From NCBI GenBank assembly GCA_028023455.1, contig JAQFVV010000007.1, positions 7,130,001 through 7,194,000 on the forward strand: a stretch of DNA of 64,000 nt. Direction: 5' to 3'. This document shows positions 27,548-39,002 of the stretch, in pieces; the stretch's first letter is position 1; every line of letters begins with the position of its first letter. Origin of the DNA: Epiperipatus broadwayi. Its lineage: Eukaryota > Animalia > Onychophora. The notes beneath the pieces are model-generated. The model saw only the letters and a program-made list of their open reading frames with translations. It was not told where the DNA came from and did no database searches. The position numbers and the translations under genes were made by a program.

Positions 27548-29593
27548 ATAATCGTTTGATCTTTTAAAAACTGAATTCGTGATCAAATGACAAAGTATAA
27601 TACTAACATGTTAAGCATTCTTAATTTAAATATATATATATTTTCTTATTGCAAGAGAAGAAGAGTTTTACAATTTTTAAATATATAGAAAGTAAAGAAA
27701 AGTTTTATATAAATATACACTGTGCTCCCAGAAAAATGTACCTAACTCTCTCTCCAAGCTACTGAAGTGCCTCCTCTGAATCGTTACATAATTGCTATAG
27801 TCCCATAGTTTAAATATTCACTATAAAAATTTTAAGTCCTAACATGTCCGGATTACAAATCACAACATGAAATATGACAGTGAGTGTCAAATGTTTGTAA
27901 ATTGTCTTTAATACTCTTCCTATCACCATGAAATTTTGTAAACTACTTGAAAACTTTCTTTCAACTTATGGCTTTAGTCTCACACAACTTTGAATCATTT
28001 CAAAAATTTAGCAGCAGATTGTTCCAATTTAAAACAAAATTAGTTAATGTATTATTCTGTCATAAGTTACACTATGAATCTCACTATCACATTTAATGTA
28101 ATAACTTATGAACCAGACATGCAATGACTTAAAATTTTTGTGAGGAAGAGCTAAACTATTTCATCCATTGATTCAAAGATATCGCTTCAGGCAGCTTGGA
28201 GAGAGAACCATTCATCAATCCCTCTTTCAGTAGGATATATTGTATAAGTTGTGTGCACTCTCTTCTTTTAGGCATGCATTCATCATTAATAATGTGATCA
28301 CAACATAAGTCTTTATTAAGGTTCCATGCTCTTCGTTAATAAATTAATTAATTGAGAACGTTGTATACTATTTATCTCTAAATCACATTAAAGTAATTTC
28401 GAGATTAATCCAGTTAGCGGAATTTTTAAGAAGGAACAAAATAATAGAAACTGACATACAGATATATAGTTTATAAAAAATGTTCATCCCAAAACCTGCT
28501 TTAAAAACTATTTTAAATATAAACAAAGTTTAAATTACTTTTAAAAAAAAAAACCCATCAATAGTAATTAAAGTCTTTCTAAAATTATTTTTGTTAGCTA
28601 TCTTTATCAAATCCAAGACAATGAAATTAATTTGTTTTGTTAAGATGATAATGATGTATTGTAAGGAAAAACTTCAAAACAGACATATAACTTTAATGAA
28701 GTCGATGGCAGATAATTTTTCATATAAAATTTTTATAAAAATTGTAAACGAATGAATATTATATATATAATGAGCAATGATAGTTTTAATCATGCAAGAA
28801 ATAGTTATTAAGGTTAATTACACTATTTTAGTAACATAATATAAAGACCCCCCCCCCTCCGAGCTATCACGCGATTCTCACACGCTATTCTGCTTATTTA
28901 CACTTTGTAATATCTACAAGAAAATAAATTACTGAATTCAACACTGAATTAATTTTCAAAGAACTAGAAATAATAAATGGTTTTTTTCTCAGGTGTTCAT
29001 AAGGGGTTCAAATACTAGAAGTCATAGAGTCAGGCCACAATTTATACTTCTTGACCAAAAAGTCTGCTACTCTATCACTATACCACAACATACACGAATG
29101 TCTTCGTGGTTTGAGCAGTTACAAAGCACAGACATTGTAGCTCATGATCTATAATTTTTAGCCTACCTCTGTCATTTCAGGTGCATGAACTTCTTAGAAA
29201 CTCCCAAACAGTAAACCATTCAACTAGTTTGCTCTATAGGATTTAGTGACGTGATATTGATAAATATAAACTATACAAAGAGATGCTAAGTGTCACAATT
29301 AAAATCTATAATAATGACAATTTGATTTGATTATAATGAATATATTTCCAAAGCTCATGCAATCATAGAAAATATATTAACCCATCAATCTCCTAAATTC
29401 AGACATTAAATACATCCATTCTACAACCTTCACTAAAGCATATTTAAACCCAAGAATGTTACATTATTCTAGCAAGTCAATCGTTCACAACACCACCATT
29501 ATAATCGGTATATTCTAACGTCACCCCCCCAAAAAAAAAAACAAAAAAAAAAAAACAAAAACAAATGCTATCAACTAATTATTATAGATATTA

Positions 29594-32500
29594 ATCTCAA
29601 AAGCTTTTATTTATGAAAAATAATGTTTACATACTTATAACAGACAGAAAAAAATTATGTTTCACACATCATCAACAGTCTGGGACCATTTGTATTTTGA
29701 TTATCTTCTGATAAATAATAGTATACTGATATTCATCTTTTGCTTAGCGACTAATGATTTGGTGGATCTGGTATATTAAGTAACTTCCACGTTTCATTAT
29801 ACATGAATTTTGATGCAATGATAAAGTCTCTGTTTTTTACTTTCCTAATAATGTTCATGAAAAGACTGACTGGTTCAGGGACAGGCACTGTGAACAATAG
29901 CTTACATCTGACATTCCATATAGCATGTACAATAAAGATGGAAAGTCTAATAATAGGAAACTGTTTAGTTTGTAATGCTTCCCTTATAGACATGATTTTG
30001 TAGTAATCCACCCTTAAGTTTTGATATATGGCTAAATTTATTTTATTGAGTCCAGGGCATGAGTATATTATATGGTTGAATGACTCTTCTTGCCTTTTAC
30101 ATATTTGACAAAAAGGGTCTATCTTATTGTAGAATCTTTTGAAATGAAGAAATTTATTTGTGGGCATGGCTTCTAAGTTTATTTTAATAATGAGATTTAG
30201 GTGTTTAGGCTCAAGAGTGAGAAATTTAAAAATTGTTGTTAATTTGTAATTGGTGAAGCCAAGATTTGGAGCAATTGTGGGATAATTTGGATTAATTATA
30301 CTGTATGCCTCCCAGATGGTAATTTTTGATTTTTGTAATTTTTGATCTATAGTTAAATGCTGGTTAAGCGTCCAGAGCAGTTGATCCAGCCAGCACATTT
30401 TACGAAGCAGAGGATGGTCTGTGGGTTGAATTGGTTCACTGAAAGTTATTGATTCATGTTTTTCCATCAGGTTAATAATTAATGTAAAAGATTTTTGAAA
30501 AATAATTGCATCAATGGAGTGGAAGGACATCCCATTGTATCTATGATGTACTTGCATTCTGGACATGCTAATTGATGTGTTGCTGTCCTTCCAAAAAAGT
30601 TTGGAGCATAAGCTGTTAATCTTTTTAGAAAAGGCTTTTGAAATGGTAATGATTGGCAGATAGTATGCAATTCTTGACATGACTTTCATGTTGAGAAGTG
30701 CCACCTTTCCTTGTAATGACAAATATACTTTTGAGAGAGTTTGAATTATTTTAGAGGTAGAATATATTAGAGTATTTTGTATCTGTCTTGACCTTGATGA
30801 TTGAGAAAGGTAAATAGAAAAGCCCAGAAATTCTTGTGGCCTGGCGAGAAATCTTGAGGTTATTGTTTTTCCTGAAATAATTTTCCATGAAGAGGATTTC
30901 TTGGGGTTGAATTTAAGATGAGATGACAATGAGAAATTGTCTATTATTTGGTAGAGCTTTGGTAGGAATTTTTGGGATGGAAGAATAACCAAGATATCAT
31001 CCATATATGTGACTACCTTGAGTGATCTCTTAATTCTGGGTATGTATATTCCTGGGAATGAATTTTCTATGTTTTTTAGAAGCAGATTTAAATAACAGAT
31101 GAACAGCAAGGCACTGAGTGGGGAACCTTGTGGAATAGAAATATTGGGTTGGAAACCATTAGTATAGCATCCATTCAGAGTGATGTGAATTTGTCTATTG
31201 TTAAGCAGATTTTCTATGATCTGGATAATTTGAGAGGGAATGTTGATTTCACTTAATAGAGCAAGAAGTTTGAGAATGTTGACAGAGTCAAACACCTTTG
31301 ATATGTCAAGTTGAATTGCAATTGGCTTGGACATTCACTTGGATCTAACATAATCAAAAAGTGTTCTAACTTCACCAATTGCCATCAAAGGGGAAGATCC
31401 TGTCTTAGCATATTGGGACTGAACAATGTGGTTAAGAATTGCCTGCTGTATTTTTTCCTTTATTACTCCTTCAATTACTTTGAGCATAATGGGAGTCATG
31501 GAGATAGGTCTTATGTTGTTGATATTGGTAGAATCTTTATTTTTCTTTATGTATGGTGCTAGTGCTATTGGGTACAGATTGTGTATTTGTCTTTTCCCAG
31601 TAGCAAGGTGGTCTACCATACCCATCATAATCGGGATTGCAAAATTACTAAGGTGTGATATTAGGAATTTTGGTATGGCATGCAACCCTGGATGAACACT
31701 GACTGGAAGAGCAGAAAGTCTTCCTGCAGATCAGAATATGTAATTCCATGGTTAATAGCATCAGAGTGAGTCTGCCTGTTATATTTGGTTGTAGTTTGGT
31801 TATTTAGTAGATGGTTTTTAAAGTGCTGACTTATGTATTCAATCATACAGGGACTGGATATGCTGCTTCCATCTATTACCAGTGATGTAGGTGTAAGCAG
31901 TTTTTTGATAGCACCCATTGCCTACCACAGATAACTTCTGGTCTAGTAATGCTGGGCTATGAGATAATTTTGTGCTCGTTTGATGGAAATGTATTCGGTG
32001 ATGGCAACCTGCTTAACTTTATATTGATGTTTAAGTTCCAAAAGCTGAGCTGTATGTTCCGGTTCAGCATGGCGGCTTTTTATTTTTAGATGAATATCAT
32101 CTAGTTCTTTAATCAGTGTCGATGGGCCTTTTGTTTTTTTGGTGAAGTGTGCAATCAAAGTTTGTAAAATTCCAATGAATGCAAACCAAGCCTCTTCAGG
32201 GGGGCTGTTTAACAGGTCAATCTTATGGAAAAGAATGTATACTTCAGAAGGAATAGCTTCCGTGATTGATGCTTTAGTTAGCAATCTGAGTGAATGGTTA
32301 AGATCAAATGTAGCAGAGTTGCTAAGCTGTATGGTTGAAGTAATAGCATGATGGTCTGAGAAGGGTAACTGGTTGAAGCGTGATCTCCAGACCATGGTGT
32401 AGTTCAGCTGATAGAAAACCAAATCCATCAGTGTTTGATATCTATGTGTGTAGAATGAATAGGCATTTTGTGGAAGAAATCCACGGCCATTTATAAATTT

Positions 32501-32842
32501 TCTATTTAGCAAGTGGAGGTATTTAAAAGTAAATTGGTCATATGACATGTTAAATCTCCCATGAGAATGGTTGGTGCACTATTGTGGGCAGTCACCATGT
32601 TAATTGTGTTAATGATTCGGATGAAATTGGAGTGGTTGTTTGGGGAGTATATGTAAATTGCATTAATGTTACTACTTCCATATGTCAGGTTGATGTTTAT
32701 AATGTTCTTGTCCTGATATGTAATTTTGAACTTATTTGGGGGGATGCTTGTCATTAATAAGAACACCAACTCCCTCTGAAGCAGTGAGGTTAATTGAAAG
32801 GTATGCATAACCAAGTTTACTAAGCTCGGAAATGATGTGAGG
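29594..32842 (-). mobile_element. 5'-truncated L1/Tx1-clade-like non-LTR retrotransposon, ORF2 only, decayed
   Basis: APE motifs GVGVLI, GD(F)N and SDH. RT motifs RPISM, LDISKVFDSV, PQGSPLS and YMDD. C-terminal CQIC..EESFNHIIYSC zinc knuckle. 16-bp TSD attattatagatatta (29578-29593 and 32843-32858). Clade assignment is by motif recall only. Confidence 0.9.
29751..32842 (-). pseudogene. Disrupted APE-RT polyprotein (ORF2) of the LINE
   Basis: The ORF-track pieces join into one protein through three frameshifts (about 32740, 32555 and 31720) and three in-frame stops (31943-45, 31922-24, 31335-37). The last 527 codons are open. Confidence 0.85.
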
Positions 32843-33535
32843 ATTATTATAGATATTAGAATAAATTTATAAGTAGAACAAGACGACCTATCTTCAGCCT
32901 CTCATAGAATTATTCCAAGATTAGGAAGCCAAGATCACACACTCCTAATAAACATTCCTCCGTTGAAAATAGATTTACGACCGCCTCATTTATCTTGAAT
33001 ATATAATAAATACTAAAGTCTAATACTATTGCAATGTACTATCCCAGCACATTAAAACCATAATGATTCTCTAATCGACTTCTGAATAATTTATGCATGT
33101 TAATAATGTAAAATAAATTGTGTTAAAGAAAAGAAAAGCAAGCAAAACTACGCTAATGATAATCAAACATTTTTATTTGTTCACAGAATTTTAAGTTTTT
33201 CCTAAGTTTAAACCCTTTTTTTTTAAAAAAAAGTAATTCAGTTAAAATAAGATTTGATTAAAAGTAAATTCTTTATATATAAAAGTAAATATAAATCTAT
33301 TATTATAAAGCGCTGAAAATCTTGAAATATATTATCGGAGTTCGACTTCCGATCTAATATATTATAAAAGTAAATATATAATTAAGAATTTTTTTTTTTT
33401 AAAAGACCTTCTAATTTTGTTTTTATATATAAAAAAAGTATTACGCTATATCACATCAGCAAAAATTATACCAATTTGCTTCTAAAAAATGATTCACAGT
33501 GTATATATATAAATACAGAGCAGTTGTAATAAAAT

Positions 33536-34170
33536 CTCTCCATACTTCTTTGAGTAGTCTAAAGTCTCTGTGTTGCCCTTCTATTAAGTGCCCAAGTCTC
33601 AGATCCATAAGTAAGAACTGGTAAAACACATTTATTAAAAACCTTCCTTTTCAAACATATAGGCATATTTCCTTTTAGTATCAAGTTATTTATACCAAAA
33701 GCACTTCAAACAAGTTTAATTCTATGATTGCTTACATCCATTGTGTTTTCATCTATATTAATAATCTGACCAAAGTATTTGTAACTGTTAACTTCTTCTA
33801 ACTCATCATAATCAATCTTTACTTTAGTCCTTTTAACATGTTGAGAGTAACAACAAGAGATCAAAAACACTATATATGGGTGAGAGAACAAACAGGTGTT
33901 ACTGACCTCATTGAAAAAATTAAAAGACTCAAGTGAAGTTGGGCTAGACATATTGCTAGAAGAGATGATAATAGATGCACAATTGAAATCATAAACTGGA
34001 TTCCAAGAGAGTTTTAAAGACCAAGAAAGAGACCACATAAGAGATGGATGGATGAAATAAGAAAGTGGGCAGAGGTGATATGGAGAAGTGATGCTAGAGA
34101 TTGGAGAAGTTGGATTGAACTTGGAGAGACCTTCATCCTGTAGTGGATTGATAATGGATGATGATGATGA
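33536..34170 (+). mobile_element. RTE-clade LINE 3' fragment with 5' inversion
   Basis: 33536-33842 on the minus strand encodes ...YKYFGQ...VLPVLTYGSETW...TQRSMER. 33835-34158 on the plus strand continues NMLRVTTRD...WARHIARR...RWMDEI...WIDNG*, then a (GAT)n tail. 10-bp TSD gtaataaaat (33526-33535 and 34171-34180). Confidence 0.85.
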
Positions 34171-34892
34171 GTAATAAAATAAGCAAAAAAGGCAAATCCT
34201 AATATGATAAAAGTTTGGATAGTGGTGGGGATGGAGAATACAATGTCATCACATTATTTATCAATGTCACGCAAGATACATCTGACCATTGTGTTTGGGT
34301 GATTACTGAGCTTCTCTTGGTGCACAGAAATATTGACTCACCTAAGATACCCAAAATGTACCTATAACTCTATATATTATGAATATGTATAATATTGTGA
34401 TGTATCTGAAAAACAAACTATAAATCTAAATTTTATTAAAAAAATTAAAGTCAAAAAGAGGATAGTAAAAAAGTTAATCTATGCAATGTAATTAATCCAT
34501 CAATAAGTATTGGTTTTTTCTTTTAAAATTAGCTCATTAATTCCAATATACAAAGAATTCTCCACATACCTTTATAATAGTTGTTTATTTTATAAATCAA
34601 ATTAGCTTTCCATATCCATGTATACTGTTTATTTTTCAACATAATCAAAGTTTCAAGCTTCTCTTATAGTCGGTTTTCAAAATGTAGGTTTAAATAAAAA
34701 TTCAAGCATAATGTATTAATACAAGTGAATTTTTTGTATGAAGAAAAATTCATTTGAATTGTATTTATTAGGCTATATGTACATTTACATTTATATTTAA
34801 AAATAAATTTTGAAAATGATCATAGCATATGGTCAAAATATAGATGAATATGTGAGATAATATATATATATAAAATTAAGAGCGTGCTAATA

Positions 34893-35296
34893 GCTCTAAA
34901 CAAGCTTTTTTTTTTTTTATTTATGATAAATGCTACTACAAGAGAAGGCATTCAAATCATTTTTATTTTAAATGGTCCCCATCCCCAGACCGGTTTCAAC
35001 CTATGGGTCTCTTCAGTGAGGAGTTGGGACATTAGATCTAAAAAACCAACTCAAGCAAAGCATTTATCTAAAAGATAATTGTTAGAAGAAGATCTGAAAC
35101 TTTTAGACATCTACATGTCTTTAAAGTCCGCTCTCCAACTGAAAAAATCATATGGGACTGAACTTAATTCAGACACTCCATATATTAGTAGGCTTAGCTC
35201 TTTAATTTAGCTAAAGCCACAACAGCAAAATAATAATAGTAATAGTAACAAGTCAGATGTCACATGACTTATATATAGCTTGCACTTACAAATATG
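34893..35296 (-). mobile_element. 404-bp non-autonomous HHR-bearing retroelement (retrozyme/Penelope pLTR-like)
   Basis: Flanked by an exact 22-bp direct repeat taaaattaagagcgtgctaata (34871-34892 and 35297-35318). The minus strand has a TATATAAG motif, the HHR, then AATAAA running into A13. Its 5' part resembles family A at about 20950-21030. Confidence 0.75.
34983..35021 (-). ncRNA. Type I hammerhead ribozyme, apparently intact (family A-related)
   Basis: Minus strand reads CCUCA-CUGAAGA-GACC-CAUA-GGUU-GAAA-CCGG-UC-UGGGG. It has stem I CCUCA/UGGGG, core CUGANGA, stem II GACC/GGUU, GAAA, palindromic stem III ACCGGU and a GUC cleavage triplet. Stem I extends through an internal loop into GUCCC/GGGAC. 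Confidence 0.9.
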
Positions 35297-35804
35297 TAAA
35301 ATTAAGAGCGTGCTAATATATATATATAAATACAAGTATAGTGTATATACTAGCCTAGATGTAATTAAAGGAGATAGAGTGAATGACTATAGATAATTTG
35401 AAAGTCTGGGTTAATATCTCTTTTAATTATATATATATATATATAACAATTTGGTTCATAAAGTAAAACAAGATTTATAAATAAAAATTATGTGGAAAAT
35501 TATTTGTATATCAGAAAACAGTATTAACCATATCGTTGGAAAGTTTAAGAAAAAGCGATTTGTATATAATAAAATAGTATCTATTAACTAAATTAAAATA
35601 TCTAAACTAATCTCTTAAAAATAAAGATGGAAATATTGAGCAAATTATATATATATAAAATTCTTTTGACAATGATATTATAAAATACCTTGAATAAATA
35701 CATACATATATAGGTACAGATTATGTGTGTCATTGGAATGACTAAAACAAAAAACAGATAAAAAAATAATAATGAAACTTAACCTATTTACTATTTACTA
35801 TAGT

Positions 35805-36600
35805 AAATAGAGGGATTTGAACTTAGGATTTTCAGTCTATATTTATCCTCCATTCCATTTCAAACAATAGATGCACTGACCACACACATGTGAAAAGCAT
35901 ATAGGTCCAACAATGTACATATTTCATGCAGAATTAACCCTTGTCAATTAGGTCCGATCATAATCTCCCACATATATACAATCAGTGATTGCCTTACATT
36001 AAGATAACAATTTCTTAAACTTTAAAGGCAGGTTTCAATCTTTAAACCCTTCCACAAAATATACTATCCATTTCATTGAAAAACAAATGATTGAACACTC
36101 AAATCCCTTGGTGGAATTGCTATTGCAGTCATAGCATGTAGACATTATTTCAACCTAACTCCTCATATTATCACATTATTGCATATCCATTTATATTAAC
36201 AGAATAGGTTAATTACATACTGTAGTATAAGTCTATCTCATCCCTCTTCTATTAATATAAATGGATATGTAATGTTCCGATGATATAAGGGGTTAGATTG
36301 GCATAATGTCTACATGGATATGACTACAATATCAAATCCACCAAGGGCTTGCTTTCCATCATTGGATTTTCAATGAAATGGATGGTTGAATTGTTGGAAG
36401 GGTGAGAAAATTGAAGACTATTCATTAAAGTTTAAGGAATTGGTATCTTAATAAGTGTCTCCACTGATTGTATATATGTGTGAAAGATTATTATAATCTG
36501 GTTCAACTGATGAGTGCTGGTTCTACACGAATCATTTATCTTTTTCACATGTGTGCGGTAATGTGTATCGGTCGTAGGAGACGGGGTGGAAGATGAATAT
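35805..36600. mobile_element. Family B inverted pair (antisense about 35805-36150, sense about 36300-36600)
   Basis: Starts atagagggatttgaacttag. The sense arm has a deleted HHR remnant with CTGATGA at 36507-36513. Confidence 0.65.
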
Positions 36601-38559
36601 AATTTAATAATGAAACTTATATTTGTTAAGATTATAAAAAAAAATTTAAGCGTGTATAATAGACAAACAGAAAAGAAATTATAGACAGTTAAAGATAAAT
36701 AAATAGATTCTATAAAATGAATCAGAAAAGGATAAATATTGAAAACTGAAATTATATTTAGCAAACATTAAAATTCACAATTTAAGCACATAATTGTATA
36801 ATACAATTTTTAAAAATATGTAAAGTAAAATCTTTTAATGACTATTTGAAAAAAAAAAAGATTTATAATAGCGTAAAATCTAATCAATTATTCACGGTTT
36901 TTTTTTTCATTTTAAAACTGCAGTTTAGTATCTCTTTGCAACTCTTTTTTTTAAATTAAAACATATATCAGATAATTGCGTAACGACTTAAAAAAAAAAT
37001 CAACATTAATCATTCAAATATTAAAACTGTTTTTTAAAAAGAGAGTAAAATGATATTAATATTTTTTTTCTTTCTGAAAATGGATATTAATGATTTATAT
37101 ATTACTTGCTTTGAAAAGTGTTGTATTATTATATTAATAATAAAACAATTTGTCTATGAGTGGTGTTTGATCAAGTAGTTAATTTGTCTAAAAAAGAGGT
37201 GATTTTCAGAAAAAAAAAATAATTATAATTTCTCAAAGATTTTTACTTAACTTGTAATATAAATTATTGTTGAATATAAAAAGATATTGATTAAAATAAT
37301 AACTAATATGAATTATTGGAATGCATACAGAAAGAATTTCAAAATAATTATTAAACCTTCAGACGTTTTTTTTTTTTAAACCTAGCAATAATTGGATTAA
37401 ATTTCCAACTTTTTATTCTATCAAATTTATCATTATTCTTCATTACATTTTCAAAAATTTCAAATTACTCCTTACAAATATACATTTATAAATTAAAGTT
37501 ATTTTTAAAAAAATATTATTTTAACTATGCAAATATATATAAAAAAAGTACACATTCTTCTTATTCGATGGTTATGACATTACTAATAAAAAATAAAATG
37601 AAAAAAAAATCTGGATTATTTTAACTTGATAAAACCTCAATAAATTTTTGTGCAGATTATTTAAAGCTAATGAAATTTTATTTAAAATTCCATCTATAAT
37701 TTTTAAAAATGCAAAAAAGGAATCTGTTGTGGTTAATATAAGTGTTCTTTTTCAGACAATTATAGGTTATGGTCATATGTTATTACTGAGTTCTCTTGAC
37801 TTGTCTTCTTATAAAAGTAATATTGTCTACTAAAGCCTAATCTAATCACATTATCCTTCTAAAAACCTCATTTGACCCAACCAAAAAAGCAGATTCACAG
37901 AAATGAACTTCGCTTTCCCAGTATGTAGCTCTATAGCGTTGAATGCCCAACTTTAGTTGCTGAAAAATCAACAAAGGGCTAGCCATTGTAAATATGCTAG
38001 TCAATAAAATGCAGTTCTCAATATTAATGAAAATACCAGAACAAATGTTCTACAAAATTGAAAACCAGTACATAAAGAATTTACATGGAAAATAATGAAA
38101 AGACCCATTTACTTCCATATGTATGGCTATATAGCATTCAACTTTTCCAGAAAATAACATTTCCCTTCATGATCTTTTTCATGGGACTTAAGGTAAACTT
38201 CTACTTATGAACATAATCCAGTGATAAATAATTTAATGAATACAAGAATAAGCATCATTATTCATACAACACACTTTTTAAGAGAATTCCAACTTTCATA
38301 AAATTTTAAGCAAGAAAATTCAGATTGGGAAATTGAGTGTTTAATTGAGTTGTTTCAATAAATAAACATCAAATTCCTTACCAATATTTTTTGAATCTAA
38401 CTTAATTTTTAATTTTTGGACTGTGCCATTACTGTGAGAGATTATATGATTCTGATAAGTTATTAAACAAAATTCATTTTTTTGATTTTCAAAATACTTA
38501 TTAATTATTGAGATTTAATATAATTATGCTATTGCAGAAGATAATTTATTTAGAAATTA

Positions 38560-39002
38560 TTATAATGCTATGTGTGGACTGTACTATTGTATGGTTGCAA
38601 AATGTGGACAATGAGTAATAAAATTAGAAACAGATTGAAAACCTTTGAGATATGGTCATGGAGAAGAATGGAAAAAATCAGTTGGGTGAATAAAATAACA
38701 AATGAAAAAGTTTTGAAAAGAATAAATGAAAAAAAGTGTGATTGAGGAAATTAGATATAGAAAGAGAAACTTGATTGAACACATATTAAGAAGAAAGAAT
38801 AGTTTAATTATAGATATTTTGGAGGGAATGGTGAGTGGAAACAAGAAGAAAAAAACAGATAAGATTCATATTTCTGGATGATATAAGAGATGGGAAGAGA
38901 TATATGGAACAATGAAGAGAATGAAATGGAGAAATAGATGAGGTTGTCATGTGACTGCCTTTTAAATCTGTTCACAGGACAAAATATTATTGATTGATTG
39001 AT
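38560..39002 (+). mobile_element. Decayed RTE/BovB-like LINE 3' fragment (second family)
   Basis: VLLYGCKMWTM...FEIWSWRRMEKISWVNKITNEKVL; ends acaggacaaaa...ttgattgattg. Confidence 0.75.
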
